Position numbers and translations under genes: made by a program. From the NCBI GenBank assembly GCA_050951725.1, contig JBMNJO010000024.1, positions 320,613 to 384,612 of the forward strand: a stretch of DNA of 64,000 nucleotides, read 5' to 3'. Shown here in pieces: positions 32,934 through 44,873 of this stretch; positions within the stretch are counted from its first letter, which is position 1; every line of letters starts with the position of its first letter. Source of the DNA: Syntrophomonadales bacterium (GTDB taxonomy: Bacteria; Bacillota; Syntrophomonadia; Syntrophomonadales; DTU052). Under the pieces are notes generated by a model. It searched no databases. It saw nothing but the letters and a program-made list of their open reading frames with translations, and was not told where the DNA came from.

Positions 32934-33761
32934 ATGATCGAGGTTCAAGGGGTAAGCTTTAATTACCCCGGCCTGGAATCACCCGTTCTACAAGATATTA
33001 ACTTGGAGATCAGGCCAGGAGAATTCCTGGCCTTATTGGGTAGAAACGGCTCGGGTAAATCCACCCTGACCAAGCTGCTGAATGGGCTGTTGATACCATC
33101 GAACGGTAACGTAGTGGTCGATGGACTAAATACCCGTGATCCCCAAAACTTATCCAAGATTCGGCAGCAGGTAGGCCTGCTATTTTCGAACCCGGATAAC
33201 CAGTTGGTAGCCGGTATAGTGGAAGAGGATGTTGCGTTCGGTCCTGAGAACCTGGGACTGCCGGCGAATGAGATCCGCGACCGGGTTAGATGGGCGTTGT
33301 CGGTGGCAGGGATGACGGATTACATCAAATACCCGCCCCACCTGCTGTCAGGGGGACAAAAACAGAGGGTGGCCATAGCGGGGATCCTGGCACTTGGCCC
33401 ACGCTACATGGTCCTTGACGAACCGACTTCTATGCTTGATCCGCAGGGACGCGATGAAGTATTGCACACCCTTTTTGAGCTTAACCGGGAACAGGGTACC
33501 ACGATCGTCTTGGTTACCCACTTTGTCGAGGAAGCCACCACTGCTGATCGGGTAGTAATTTTGGACCAAGGCAAGCTGGTTATGACCGGTTCACCGCTTG
33601 AGGTCCTGACCAGGACGGGTGATCTTCCTAACTGGGGTTTGGAAGCGCCGGAAATAGTCCTTTTGTGTCAGGAGTTGAGAAAGCGGGGCCACAACCTCCC
33701 CCTGGCTCTTGAGGGGAAGCAGGTAGTGAAAATGATACAACAGTTACTGGTGAGGGAATAA
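32934..33761 (+). CDS. ecfA1: Energy-coupling-factor transporter ATPase 1
   Basis: 275-aa ORF with Walker A GRNGSGKST, signature LSGGQKQR and Walker B VLDEPT. Conserved position after rplQ. Confidence 0.9.
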   Translation: MIEVQGVSFNYPGLESPVLQDINLEIRPGEFLALLGRNGSGKSTLTKLLNGLLIPSNGNVVVDGLNTRDPQNLSKIRQQVGLLFSNPDNQLVAGIVEEDVAFGPENLGLPANEIRDRVRWALSVAGMTDYIKYPPHLLSGGQKQRVAIAGILALGPRYMVLDEPTSMLDPQGRDEVLHTLFELNREQGTTIVLVTHFVEEATTADRVVILDQGKLVMTGSPLEVLTRTGDLPNWGLEAPEIVLLCQELRKRGHNLPLALEGKQVVKMIQQLLVRE

Positions 33762-33815
33762 AGAGTATATTCCCTTATAACGTTCATAGATGATTGCTCT
33801 GGATTAGGTGAAAAT

Positions 33816-34676
33816 ATGTCAATTCGGTTTTCCAAGGTAGGGTTCCGGTACGCTCGGGGGCTTCCCTGGGAAAAGATCGCTTTAAAAAACATAAACCTGG
33901 AGATCAGAGAAGGCGAGACGCTGGGGATAATTGGGCCAACCGGTTCTGGCAAAACCACGCTTTTACAGTTGATGAATGGGATCCAGCACCCGAGTGAGGG
34001 TCAGGTGCTTATTGATGAGGAGGACCCGGCCCGACTGCGAGGTCGGGAATTGACCAGGCTCCGGCAAAAGGTGGGCCTGGTTTTTCAGTTCCCGGAGGAT
34101 CAGCTGTTTGCAAACAGTGTTTATGAAGATATCGCCTTCGGACCACGAAACCTGGGATTTAACGGTCCCGAGGTGGAAAATCGTGTCAAATGGGCGATGA
34201 ATATACTGGACCTTGATTTCAGTAAGTACTCCCAGCGCCAGCCGCAAACTCTCAGCGGGGGTCAGAAGAGAAGGGTTGCTATAGCCGGGGTGCTGGCGCT
34301 CAAACCGAAGTATCTCATATTGGATGAGCCGGCAGCAGGACTCGATCCGGAAGGCAGAAGGGCTCTCCTTGCCCTGATTCATAAATTGCGCGAGGAATTG
34401 GGGATAGGGGTGGTTATGGTTTCTCATCGTGTTCAAGATATTATCGAGACGTGTGATCGGATAGCGGTTCTGGTCGCTGGCGAGATTGTAAGATCAGGTT
34501 CACCCCGGGAGATACTGCAAGCGGGAGAAGAACTGAGTGAATTGGGTTTTCGGCTGCCTCCGATGAATAAGGTCTTACATGAGCTTAAAAAATTCTTCCC
34601 TCACCTGGATACGGGACAAATAGGAGAGGCAGCCATCGCCAGGGAAATCGACCGGGCACTGAGGAATCTGTCATGA
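33816..34676 (+). CDS. ecfA2: Energy-coupling-factor transporter ATPase 2
   Basis: 286-aa ORF: GPTGSGKTT, LSGGQKRR, ILDEPAAGLD. Confidence 0.9.
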   Translation: MSIRFSKVGFRYARGLPWEKIALKNINLEIREGETLGIIGPTGSGKTTLLQLMNGIQHPSEGQVLIDEEDPARLRGRELTRLRQKVGLVFQFPEDQLFANSVYEDIAFGPRNLGFNGPEVENRVKWAMNILDLDFSKYSQRQPQTLSGGQKRRVAIAGVLALKPKYLILDEPAAGLDPEGRRALLALIHKLREELGIGVVMVSHRVQDIIETCDRIAVLVAGEIVRSGSPREILQAGEELSELGFRLPPMNKVLHELKKFFPHLDTGQIGEAAIAREIDRALRNLS

Positions 34677-35461
34677 ATTCGTTCACCTTTGGACAATACA
34701 TACCAGGCCAGTCCTTTGTTCACTCGTTGGACCCCCGTACCAAGCTTTACCTGGTAGTGGTGGCAATGGTCGCAGTCCTTGGAGTCAACACTCTTCTGGG
34801 GGTCTTGATTACGGCATTTCTGACGGGAACCTTTATCCTGGCAGCCCGGGTACCGGTAAGGGTCTACTGGAGCGGCACCCGGCCATTATTGATAGTGGTA
34901 GTAATCACCGCTGCCTTTCAGATCTTTTTTGTTCCTGGTGAGGTGATTTACCGGTGGTGGTTCATAACCATATCGGATGTCGGAGTACAGATGGCTGCCT
35001 TGATGACCTATCGACTGCTTATGGTTATTGTTCTGGCCCAGCTGCTTACCTTTACTACTTCACCCCTGCAGCTGACCGATGGTCTGGAAAGGATCCTGAA
35101 ACCATTCAGCAAGATAGGAATCCCCGCCCATGAGCTGGCAATGATAATGACTATCGCACTGCGGTTTATCCCGGTCTTCTTTGAAGAAGGCAATAAGATC
35201 ACCAGGGCCCAGATATCTCGTGGGGCTGATTTTAGGGGAGGATGGTTAAGGAGCGCCCGCAACCTGGTGTCCATCATTGTGCCCCTTTTTGTCCGGGCCT
35301 TTCGCCGGGCGGATGAACTGGCATTAGCGATGGAAGCACGTTGTTACACTGGTGGCGAGGGACGCACCAGACTGCACGTTATGGTTATGTCCCCTGCCGA
35401 TTATGGTGTTATTACGGTGACGACCATCGTGGTATTGTTTGTAATCGTGTCGGGGCTATGA
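34673..35461 (+). CDS. ecfT: Energy-coupling-factor transporter transmembrane subunit
   Basis: 262-aa membrane ORF overlapping the ecfA2 stop. CbiQ/EcfT-type sequence (RFIP...ARGA). Confidence 0.88.
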   Translation: MNSFTFGQYIPGQSFVHSLDPRTKLYLVVVAMVAVLGVNTLLGVLITAFLTGTFILAARVPVRVYWSGTRPLLIVVVITAAFQIFFVPGEVIYRWWFITISDVGVQMAALMTYRLLMVIVLAQLLTFTTSPLQLTDGLERILKPFSKIGIPAHELAMIMTIALRFIPVFFEEGNKITRAQISRGADFRGGWLRSARNLVSIIVPLFVRAFRRADELALAMEARCYTGGEGRTRLHVMVMSPADYGVITVTTIVVLFVIVSGL

Positions 35462-35576
35462 CAATCTCTATAGCTGTAGCAGTGGGTTTTCCGGTTCATT
35501 TCGGTACCCAGGCAACCATATCCCGAAGGCTGTGTTCGAAACTGATCATCAGACCAGGTAAAGGGGAAGATTTCAG

Positions 35577-36308
35577 ATGCGCATTAAGTTAGTGGTCGAA
35601 TATGATGGGACCGGCTTCCACGGCTTTCAGAGACAACCAGGACTCAGAACAGTTGATCAGGTGTTGGAGGAGGCTATTAATAGACTGACCAGGGAAGAGG
35701 TTCGGGTGACGGGGTCGGGGCGGACTGATGCCGGGGTGCATGCCCTGGGCCAGGTCGTAGCTTTCGATACCCAAGCTGCAATACCTCCCCACCGGTACCA
35801 GCAGGCCATCAACACCTTTTTGCCTTCTGATATTAGGGTCATTCACAGTGAAGAGGCAGCAGCTGATTTTCATCCCCGTTATCAGGCACGATGTAAGACA
35901 TATCGCTACTTGGTTTACCAGGCCAGGGAAGGGTATACCTTTTACCGCCGGTACGCTCACCAGTATACACGGAGCCTGGATCTGCTCCTGTTACAGGAAG
36001 CAACCCGCTGTATTATCGGAAAACATGATTTTAGAGGGTTTATGGCTCGAGGCAGTAATGTGCAGGAAACCGTAAGAACGGTTTTCCAGTTTACAACTGA
36101 ACACAGTTTCCCATGGCTTAAGTTCGAGATTACTGGAGACGGTTTTCTCTATCGTATGGTTAGGAACCTGGTGGGTACGCTAATTGAAATAGGAAGAGGG
36201 GCCATGAACCTGGACGAGCTCAAGGAGGTTATCGAAACAGGTGACCGGCAAAAGTGTGGACCCACCGCTCCCGCACAGGGTCTGTATCTGGTAAGGGTCG
36301 ATTACTAG
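35577..36308 (+). CDS. truA: tRNA pseudouridine(38-40) synthase
   Basis: 243-aa ORF: YDGTGFHGFQRQ, GSGRTDAGVHALGQV. Confidence 0.95.
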   Translation: MRIKLVVEYDGTGFHGFQRQPGLRTVDQVLEEAINRLTREEVRVTGSGRTDAGVHALGQVVAFDTQAAIPPHRYQQAINTFLPSDIRVIHSEEAAADFHPRYQARCKTYRYLVYQAREGYTFYRRYAHQYTRSLDLLLLQEATRCIIGKHDFRGFMARGSNVQETVRTVFQFTTEHSFPWLKFEITGDGFLYRMVRNLVGTLIEIGRGAMNLDELKEVIETGDRQKCGPTAPAQGLYLVRVDY

Positions 36309-36386
36309 GGGCAGGCAAAAGAACCGTCCCCATGTCCGCCCCGAGAGGGAGAGTTTCCAAGCTTGCGCTAAAGAATTAGGTATCTA

Positions 36387-36415
36387 TTGACAATCAAAGA
36401 TTGAAACTGTAACAT
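36387..36415 (+). promoter_or_regulatory. Candidate promoter for rplM-rpsI
   Basis: TTGACA (36387-36392), 17-nt spacer, TAACAT (36410-36415). Followed by a leader hairpin CCTGAC-CCCGCCCCGT-GTCAGG. Confidence 0.45.
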
Positions 36416-36484
36416 TAATAAATGACGGAAAATTGCCTGACCCCGCCCCGTGTCAGGTGTGCTAAATCGGTAGGAGGGAACTGC

Positions 36485-36919
36485 TTGAAAACGTTTATGG
36501 CTAAGCCACAAGACCAGGAAAGAAAATGGTATGTCATTGATGCTGCCGATCAAACACTAGGTAGACTAGCCGCTGAAATTGCAGCAATTCTAAGAGGAAA
36601 ACATAAACCAACATTCACTCCCCATGTTGACTGCGGGGATTTCGTTATAGTTGTCAATGCCGAGAAAATCAAGCTGACCGGAAACAAGCTCATCGACAAG
36701 AAATACACCTACCATACCGGGTATCCGGGTGGATTAAAACAGGTGGATTATCAGACTCTGATGAGGAAGAAGCCGGAAAGGGCATTGGAAGTAGCGGTCA
36801 AAGGTATGTTACCGCATACGAGTTTGGGTGCGCAGATGTTCAAAAAGCTCAAGGTCTATAGAGGGTCTAACCATCCTCACAAGGCCCAGCAACCAGTACA
36901 ATGGGAATTGAGAGGATAG
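36485..36919 (+). CDS. rplM: 50S ribosomal protein L13
   Basis: ORF 36422..36919. TTG at 36485 lies 6 nt after GGAGGG and gives [20 protein letters not shown]. Confidence 0.93.
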   Translation: MKTFMAKPQDQERKWYVIDAADQTLGRLAAEIAAILRGKHKPTFTPHVDCGDFVIVVNAEKIKLTGNKLIDKKYTYHTGYPGGLKQVDYQTLMRKKPERALEVAVKGMLPHTSLGAQMFKKLKVYRGSNHPHKAQQPVQWELRG

Positions 36920-36931
36920 GGAGGTAGAGCA

Positions 36932-37327
36932 GTGACTACGAAGGTTCAATATTTAGGCACAGGAAGAAGAAAGACAGCAGTAGCCCGGGTACGTCTTTTA
37001 CCCGGAGATGGAAACATTGCTATCAATGGTAAGTCATTCGAGACTTACTTCCCCAACCGAACCCTGCGGCTCATTGTTATGCAACCCCTGGTTTTAACCG
37101 AACTGGCCGGAAGATTCGACGTAATCGCCCGGGTTCATGGCGGAGGAGTATCTGGTCAGGCGGGTGCAGTAAGATTGGGCATAGCAAGGGCCCTGGTGAA
37201 ATCCAATCCCGAACTTAGAAAACAGCTTCGCCGGGCCGGTTTCGTAACCCGCGACCCACGAATGAAAGAAAGAAAGAAATACGGTCTGCATAAGGCCCGT
37301 AAAGCTCCTCAATACTCCAAGCGTTAA
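36932..37327 (+). CDS. rpsI: 30S ribosomal protein S9
   Basis: 131-aa ORF with GTG start: [12 protein letters not shown]...[11 protein letters not shown]. Confidence 0.97.
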   Translation: MTTKVQYLGTGRRKTAVARVRLLPGDGNIAINGKSFETYFPNRTLRLIVMQPLVLTELAGRFDVIARVHGGGVSGQAGAVRLGIARALVKSNPELRKQLRRAGFVTRDPRMKERKKYGLHKARKAPQYSKR

Positions 37328-37363
37328 CTTTTAAACGCTTACTGACAATTAAAGACGCCAATA

Positions 37364-37393
37364 AAAGGAAGGTCCCAAGGACCTTCCTTTTTC
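37364..37393 (+). terminator. Rho-independent terminator after rpsI
   Basis: AAAGGAAGGTCC-CAA-GGACCTTCCTTT followed by TT. Confidence 0.85.
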
Positions 37394-37504
37394 GCTGAAT
37401 AACCGCTCTGTTTGGTCATTCTCTGAAAAAAGAAAAATCGACTTATATCTTATCGCATGAGGTAATTGTGTTATAATAAATAAAAATGTGAGTCATTATT
37501 ATAG

Positions 37505-37545
37505 TTGCTGGGACTGATTTGTCCAGGTGGGCTGGTTCAAGAGGG
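37505..37545 (+). promoter_or_regulatory. Candidate CggR operator upstream of cggR-gap
   Basis: TGGGAC-TGATT-TGTC-CAGG-TGGGCT resembles the first half of the Bacillus CggR operator (GGGAC...TGTC direct repeats). It lies downstream of a TG-T-TATAAT extended -10 at about 37470-37478. Confidence 0.3.
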
Positions 37546-37557
37546 GGTGGAGGAGTA

Positions 37558-38583
37558 ATGGATAGGCTGATAGCCAATCTGGAAAGGCTGGTTCCTGAGG
37601 CCATGGCCGAGGCTCGACTCCGCTACCGCGTATTAAGAGAGGTATTGTACAACCAGCCGGTTGGGCGCAGGCAGATAGCTATACGTCTAGGCTGCTCTGA
37701 AAGATCAGCCCGCTCAGAGATTGCAGCGTTAAAAGAACAAGGCGCTTTGGAGATAACCCCGGGCGGAATCATGCTGACTAATCACGGTCTGGAATTGGTA
37801 CATATGGTTGATGAGGTAATTCCATATCTGGATGGGCTGAATTCCTTGGCCTCTAATTTGCAGCAAAAGTTAAAGCTGGATGCGGTAATTGTTGTGCCTG
37901 GAGATTCATATTACGACCCTTATGCCAAAAAGGATCTGGGAAGGGCGGCTGCCCGCTACCTTAAAGAGGTTCTGCCAGAGGTGAATATTGTTGCTGTCAG
38001 CGGCGGCGCTACTCTGGCTGAGATGGGCAATGCCATCCCTCCAGGGGCAGTCAGACATGATGTCTTGGTGCTCCCGGCCCGTGGAGGACTGGGAGAAAAG
38101 GTTGAAGAACAGGCTAACACCATCGCAGCTCACATCGCGGAGGCGATCGGCGGGCACTACCGGCTCCTGCATATTCCCGATAACCTTGATGCGGCGACCA
38201 TGAAGAGTCTCCTGGCGAATAACCAGATTGCGGAGATAGTGACACAGCTGAAAAGTTGTGATCTCTTAATCCACGGAATAGGTTCGGCTTTGGAAATGGC
38301 CAGTCGACGCGGCTTGGTTGAGGATGCCTTAAGAATACTGGAGGATCAGCAGGCGGTAGGCGAAGCCTTTCGTTACTATTTTGATGCTCGGGGGGAAATC
38401 GTTTACAGCGTAACCGGTATAGGTCTTGAGTTGTCTGACCTAAAGAACATACCAATAGTTGTAGCAGTTGCTGGAGGAAGTAACAAAGCTCGGGCCATAG
38501 AAGCGGTTTTGACCAACCGCAGACGTGGGACCCTCATTACGGATGAGGGAGCGGCCCGGGCAATTTTGGAAAGGAGGCAATGA
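37558..38583 (+). CDS. cggR: Central glycolytic genes regulator (SorC/DeoR-type)
   Basis: ORF 37519..38583. ATG at 37558 follows GGTGGAGGAG. N-terminal HTH plus a sugar-binding domain. Position immediately upstream of gap. Confidence 0.85.
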   Translation: MDRLIANLERLVPEAMAEARLRYRVLREVLYNQPVGRRQIAIRLGCSERSARSEIAALKEQGALEITPGGIMLTNHGLELVHMVDEVIPYLDGLNSLASNLQQKLKLDAVIVVPGDSYYDPYAKKDLGRAAARYLKEVLPEVNIVAVSGGATLAEMGNAIPPGAVRHDVLVLPARGGLGEKVEEQANTIAAHIAEAIGGHYRLLHIPDNLDAATMKSLLANNQIAEIVTQLKSCDLLIHGIGSALEMASRRGLVEDALRILEDQQAVGEAFRYYFDARGEIVYSVTGIGLELSDLKNIPIVVAVAGGSNKARAIEAVLTNRRRGTLITDEGAARAILERRQ

Positions 38584-38586
38584 TTG

Positions 38587-39591
38587 ATGTTGAAGGTTGG
38601 AATCAACGGATTTGGAAGGATTGGGCGACTGGTGGCCAGGGTCATACAGGACCGGGATGATGTCCAGCTAGTGGCCGTTAATGACATAGGGGATGCCAAG
38701 ACCAGTGCCCATCTGCTGAAGTATGATTCTGTGCATGGCATCTTTAACCACGCGGTTAAAGCGGAGGATGGCTACCTGCAGGTGGGGGCTGATCGAATCC
38801 GGTTTTTCTCCGAAAGAGACCCCGCCAAGATATCCTGGGGTGATGAAGGAGTGGACATTGTAATCGAGGCCACCGGAAAGTTCAGGAAACGTAATCAGGC
38901 AGCGATCCATCTGCGCGACGGGGTAAAAAAGGTGCTGATCACTGCACCGGGCACTGACGTTGATCTTACCCTGGTTATGGGAGTAAACAACGACAAGTAT
39001 GATGCAGCCAAGCATCATGTGGTATCCAATGCATCCTGTACTACCAACTGCCTGGCACCGGTAGCCAAGGTGATCAATGACAATTTTGGTATTGTCAAAG
39101 GACTTATGACCACAATTCACTCTTATACCAATGACCAGCGAATCCTGGACCTGGAACACAGTGACCTGCGGCGGGCGCGTGCCGGCGCACTGTCCATGAT
39201 ACCTACCAGCACCGGAGCCGCCAAGGCTTTAGGATTGGTTCTGCCGGAGCTATCCGGGAAACTCAATGGGATGGCCATTCGCGTTCCTACTCCTAATGTA
39301 TCAATTGTGGATCTGGTAGTGGAATTGTCCAAGTCCGCTACGGCAGAAGAAGTCAATCAGAGTTTACAGGAGGCAAGTCAAAATGCACTGGCCGGGATCA
39401 TGGAGTTTTCCGATCTGCCTCTCGTCAGCAAGGATTACAATGGCAACCCCCACTCGGCAGTGGTCGATGGACCTTTAACCATGGCCATGGGAGATAACAT
39501 GGTCAAGGTAATAGCCTGGTACGATAACGAGTGGGCATATTCCTGCAGGGTTGTAGACGCTGTCTGCTACATGGCGGCTAAAGGGTTATAA
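38587..39591 (+). CDS. gap: Glyceraldehyde-3-phosphate dehydrogenase
   Basis: MLKVGINGFGRIGR, active site SNASCTTNCLAP. Confidence 0.98.
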   Translation: MLKVGINGFGRIGRLVARVIQDRDDVQLVAVNDIGDAKTSAHLLKYDSVHGIFNHAVKAEDGYLQVGADRIRFFSERDPAKISWGDEGVDIVIEATGKFRKRNQAAIHLRDGVKKVLITAPGTDVDLTLVMGVNNDKYDAAKHHVVSNASCTTNCLAPVAKVINDNFGIVKGLMTTIHSYTNDQRILDLEHSDLRRARAGALSMIPTSTGAAKALGLVLPELSGKLNGMAIRVPTPNVSIVDLVVELSKSATAEEVNQSLQEASQNALAGIMEFSDLPLVSKDYNGNPHSAVVDGPLTMAMGDNMVKVIAWYDNEWAYSCRVVDAVCYMAAKGL

Positions 39592-39607
39592 CGGAGGTGC
39601 ATTTCGC

Positions 39608-40801
39608 GTGCAGAGCTTGAAAGAGGTGGACGTGCGCAACAAGCGCGTCCTGGTGCGGGTTGATTTTAATGTTCCTACGGACAAAAAGGGTAACATCATA
39701 GATGATACCCGAATAAGAGAATCGTTACCTACCCTGCGTTATCTGGTGGACCAGGGGGCCCGGGTTATAGCAGTAAGCCATCTGGGAAGACCCAAAGGTA
39801 AACCGGTCGAGGAATTCCGGATGGACAAAGTAGCCGAGCATCTTGGTCATCTGATGAAAAAGCCAGTGGTTAAGGTAGATGAGTGCGTAGGTCCCGCAGT
39901 AAAAAAAGCGATTGAGGCCATGGCCCCGGGAGATATAATGGTCCTGGAAAACGTCCGGTTTTATCCCGGCGAAGAGGCTAATGACCCCGAGTTCAGCCGG
40001 CAACTGGCAGAACTGGCTGATATCTATGTGAATGATGCCTTTGGTGCAGCCCATCGGGCGCACGCATCCATTTCCGGGGTTGCAGAACTGTTACCCTCGA
40101 TTCCTGGATTCCTGTTGGAGAAGGAAGTCACCATGTTGAGCAAGGTGATGAACGGGGCTGAGAATCCCAGGACGGCAATCGTTGGTGGAGCCAAAGTAGC
40201 CGACAAGCTGACCCTCTTAAAAAACATGCTGGAAAACATGGATGTATTAATAATAGGAGGCGCAATGGCTAATACTTTCCTCAAAGCTCGGGGTTTGAAC
40301 ATAGGCAAATCCGTATTTGAGGAGGCCCTCCTGGACTCGGCCCGTGAGCTTATGGAAATCGCCCGACAGCGTGACACCAAAATGCTCCTGCCGATTGATG
40401 TTGTAGTCGCGGACCACTTCGCGGAAGATGCCGAACACCGGGTAGTACCGGTAGAACAGGTTCCGGAGGGCTGGATGATACTGGATATTGGGCCGGAAAC
40501 GGTTAAGCTCTATCGGCAGTATATAGACCAGGCTCGAACTGTATTCTGGAACGGCCCGATGGGAGTCTATGAGTTTGAAGCCTTCAGTTCCGGTACCAAT
40601 GGAGTAGCCCGGGCGGTGGCGTCCGCGTCTGCGGTTAGTGTAGTTGGTGGAGGCGACTCGATGGCCGCCGTTTACAATCTTGGTCTGCAGAACAAGATTA
40701 CTCATGTCTCCACTGGAGGCGGGGCGACTCTTGAATTCCTGGAAGGAAAACGGCTGCCGGGCCTCGTAAGCTGCGATTTTGGACAACAAATGGTGGGGTG
40801 A
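39608..40801 (+). CDS. pgk: Phosphoglycerate kinase
   Basis: 397-aa ORF with GTG start: RVDFNVP, SHLGRPKG, STGGGA. Confidence 0.97.
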   Translation: MQSLKEVDVRNKRVLVRVDFNVPTDKKGNIIDDTRIRESLPTLRYLVDQGARVIAVSHLGRPKGKPVEEFRMDKVAEHLGHLMKKPVVKVDECVGPAVKKAIEAMAPGDIMVLENVRFYPGEEANDPEFSRQLAELADIYVNDAFGAAHRAHASISGVAELLPSIPGFLLEKEVTMLSKVMNGAENPRTAIVGGAKVADKLTLLKNMLENMDVLIIGGAMANTFLKARGLNIGKSVFEEALLDSARELMEIARQRDTKMLLPIDVVVADHFAEDAEHRVVPVEQVPEGWMILDIGPETVKLYRQYIDQARTVFWNGPMGVYEFEAFSSGTNGVARAVASASAVSVVGGGDSMAAVYNLGLQNKITHVSTGGGATLEFLEGKRLPGLVSCDFGQQMVG

Positions 40802-40805
40802 AAAT

Positions 40806-41546
40806 ATGCGCCGGCCGCTTATTGCTGGAAACTGGAAAATGCACAAGACTACTCAGGAGGCATATGACTACATAAAAGAGTTGAACAACATACCTTTGAA
40901 TGAAGGTGTTGAAGCAGCCATAATACCTCCTTTTACCTGCTTATCGGTATTTAAAGAAGCCAGAAGCTGGAGTCGGATCAAATATGGGGCTCAGAACATG
41001 TTTTCGGCCCGCGAGGGTGCTTTCACGGGAGAGATTTCACCTCTTATGCTGTTAGACCTGGAGTGTGATTATGTATTGATCGGACACTCGGAACGGCGGC
41101 AGATTATGAAGGAATCTGACCAGGTGATTAACGACAAGCTGAAACTGGCGTTGGAAACCGGACTGCTTCCTATCCTCTGTGTGGGTGAGACCCTGGAGGA
41201 AAGAGAAGCCGGGAACGCTGAAAAAGTGGTAGGGCGGCAGATCCGGCTGGGTTTGCAGGGGATTGACTCTCAGCCAAAGATGGTGATAGCCTACGAACCC
41301 GTATGGGCTATTGGTACCGGAGTGAATGCTACAGCCTCCGATGCCCAGCAGATGATCCGCTTTATTCGGGATATCATCAAGGAAGAATGGGGTTCGGACA
41401 AATCCGAGCAGATCAGAATACTATATGGCGGGAGTGTCAAGCCTGCCAACATTAAGGAACTGATGAGTCAGAATGATGTGGACGGGGCCCTGGTGGGGGG
41501 AGCCAGTCTGGATCCTAAGGTGTTCTCACAAATTATTAACTATTAA
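40806..41546 (+). CDS. tpiA: Triosephosphate isomerase
   Basis: ORF 40779..41546. ATG at 40806 gives MRRPLIAGNWKMH. IGHSERR and AYEPVWAIGTG. Confidence 0.97.
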   Translation: MRRPLIAGNWKMHKTTQEAYDYIKELNNIPLNEGVEAAIIPPFTCLSVFKEARSWSRIKYGAQNMFSAREGAFTGEISPLMLLDLECDYVLIGHSERRQIMKESDQVINDKLKLALETGLLPILCVGETLEEREAGNAEKVVGRQIRLGLQGIDSQPKMVIAYEPVWAIGTGVNATASDAQQMIRFIRDIIKEEWGSDKSEQIRILYGGSVKPANIKELMSQNDVDGALVGGASLDPKVFSQIINY

Positions 41547-41584
41547 TCGGGATCATGTCCCAGGTAGAAATGGGAGTAAGATTT

Positions 41585-43126
41585 ATGATATCTAGACCTT
41601 TGACCTTAGTAATACTGGATGGCTGGGGAGAGAAAGGTTCCTGTGAAAAAAACGCCATTGCCCAGGCTGATCCCCAGGTGTTTAAGGCTTTGAAAAGGGA
41701 TTATCCCAATACCGTCCTGGAGGCCTCGGCGCTGGAAGTGGGTCTGCCCCAGGGGCAGATGGGCAATTCAGAAGTGGGTCATCTGAATATCGGTTCTGGC
41801 CGTACGGTTTATCAAGAGATCACCCGCATATCCAGGGAGATTCACGAAGGGACGTTTTTCGAAAACCGGGAATTAAGAAAAGCCATGGAATATGCTCTGA
41901 ATCATAATGGCGCTTTGCACCTGATGGGTCTGGTTTCGGATGGTGGAGTCCACAGCCACCTGGACCACATCGTTGCGCTGCTGGAAATGGCCCAGCGGCA
42001 AGGACTCACCAGAGTCTACCTGCATGCCTTTCTTGACGGTCGGGATGTCCCCCCGATCAGTGCCCTGACTTACATAGAGTCCCTGGAGGACACCATGAAC
42101 AAACTTGGCACCGGGAAAATTGCCACAGTCATGGGGCGCTATTATGCCATGGACCGGGATAAAAGATGGGAACGAAGCCAGCGGGCTTTTGAAGCCATGG
42201 TAGCAGGCACAGGTAAACAGGCAAAGAGTGCCCGGGAAGCTGTTGAAAACTCCTACCAGGAAGAGACGACTGACGAATTTATGGAACCTGCGGTGGTAGT
42301 AGATGACCACGGGGACCCCGTGGGGCTGGTTAAGGATGGCGATGGAATTATCTTCTTTAATTTCCGTGCTGATCGTGCCCGTCAGATCACCCGGGCTTTC
42401 GTGGATCGTGATTTCAAGGGTTTTGAAAGAGTGCGACATCCAGAAGTATACTACGTCTGCTTTACGCAGTATGATGTGAACATCAAGGCTCCGGTGGCCT
42501 TCATGCCACAGAACCTTCACAACACCCTGGGTGAGTATCTCTCCAAGCAGGGGTTCAGACAATTGAGAATCGCTGAGACTGAAAAATACGCGCATGTCAC
42601 TTTTTTCTTTAACGGCGGAGTAGAAAAGCCTAATCTCAATGAGGATCGGGTTCTTATTCCGTCTCCTCAGGTGGCTACCTATGATCTGCAGCCGGAAATG
42701 AGCGCTTTTAAGGTGACGGAACGGGTTATACAAGAGATTGAAAAAGGGATATACGATGTGGTGATCATTAATTATGCTAATCCTGACATGATTGGTCACA
42801 CCGGGAATATGGATGCAGCAATAGCAGCTATCAAAGTGGTGGACCAGTGCCTGGGTGAGGTGGTGAGGACCGTCCAGAAAGCCGGGGGGGTAACCATTGT
42901 GACCTCTGACCACGGCAATGCTGAGACTATGACTGACGAAGAAACCGGACAGCCGCATACCGCGCATACCACTAATCTGGTGCCATTTATCCTGGTAGGT
43001 GAGGCCTACCGGGGAAAACGGCTGCGGGAGAGGGGGAGTCTGCGGGATATTGCGCCAACCATGTTAAATATTCTGAATCTCCCGATTCCCAAGGAGATGA
43101 CTGGGGTAAACTTAATTGTAGAATAA
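41585..43126 (+). CDS. gpmI: 2,3-bisphosphoglycerate-independent phosphoglycerate mutase
   Basis: ORF 41555..43126. ATG at 41585 gives MISRPLTLVILDGWG. MGNSEVGHLNIG and TSDHGNAE. Confidence 0.96.
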   Translation: MISRPLTLVILDGWGEKGSCEKNAIAQADPQVFKALKRDYPNTVLEASALEVGLPQGQMGNSEVGHLNIGSGRTVYQEITRISREIHEGTFFENRELRKAMEYALNHNGALHLMGLVSDGGVHSHLDHIVALLEMAQRQGLTRVYLHAFLDGRDVPPISALTYIESLEDTMNKLGTGKIATVMGRYYAMDRDKRWERSQRAFEAMVAGTGKQAKSAREAVENSYQEETTDEFMEPAVVVDDHGDPVGLVKDGDGIIFFNFRADRARQITRAFVDRDFKGFERVRHPEVYYVCFTQYDVNIKAPVAFMPQNLHNTLGEYLSKQGFRQLRIAETEKYAHVTFFFNGGVEKPNLNEDRVLIPSPQVATYDLQPEMSAFKVTERVIQEIEKGIYDVVIINYANPDMIGHTGNMDAAIAAIKVVDQCLGEVVRTVQKAGGVTIVTSDHGNAETMTDEETGQPHTAHTTNLVPFILVGEAYRGKRLRERGSLRDIAPTMLNILNLPIPKEMTGVNLIVE

Positions 43127-43209
43127 AGGACAATACCCTGTCCCTGTCCGAAAGACGTATACTAACTGCGGACAAGTACTGACCTAACTTATTGTTTGTA
43201 TCTTGTTAA

Positions 43210-44523
<1,314 letters not shown>

Positions 44524-44609
44524 TATTAATGTTTTGGTTTACTGAATGGCCGAGCTTATGTTAAAATTTTATGTGGTCTTTAGGGAGTTCCCGCACGGGA
44601 GGTGAGACT

Positions 44610-44834
44610 TTGGTAAAGACTCTGGTCACAATCCTAGACATCTTGGTTGCTTTAGGATTGATCTCGACCGTGCTGCTGCAGTCGGGTAAGAGCGCAGGAT
44701 TTTCGGGTAGTATAGCTGGGGGGGCAGAAGCTATATTCGGTAAGAATAAGGCTGCTAATGAGCTGTTTGAAAAGCTATCCACCATCCTGGCAGTTCTGTT
44801 TATGACGCTGACGTTGCTTCTGGCTTTGTTATAA
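44610..44834 (+). CDS. secG: Preprotein translocase subunit SecG
   Basis: ORF 44571..44834. TTG at 44610 follows GGAGGTG. LLQSGKSAG motif and two TM segments. Confidence 0.85.
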   Translation: MVKTLVTILDILVALGLISTVLLQSGKSAGFSGSIAGGAEAIFGKNKAANELFEKLSTILAVLFMTLTLLLALL

Positions 44835-44873
44835 AATCGAAGCTTAACACCTGCAGTCATAAGCATTATTAAT

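Noticed and set aside
41873-42967. 364-aa antisense ORF inside gpmI, with similar long antisense ORFs in rnr (49068..50012), pgk (40247..40846) and hppA (45360..46010)
   Set aside because: Their length is striking, but each sits wholly opposite a well-supported conserved gene. None has an RBS or recognisable motifs. They are most likely a codon-bias by-product.
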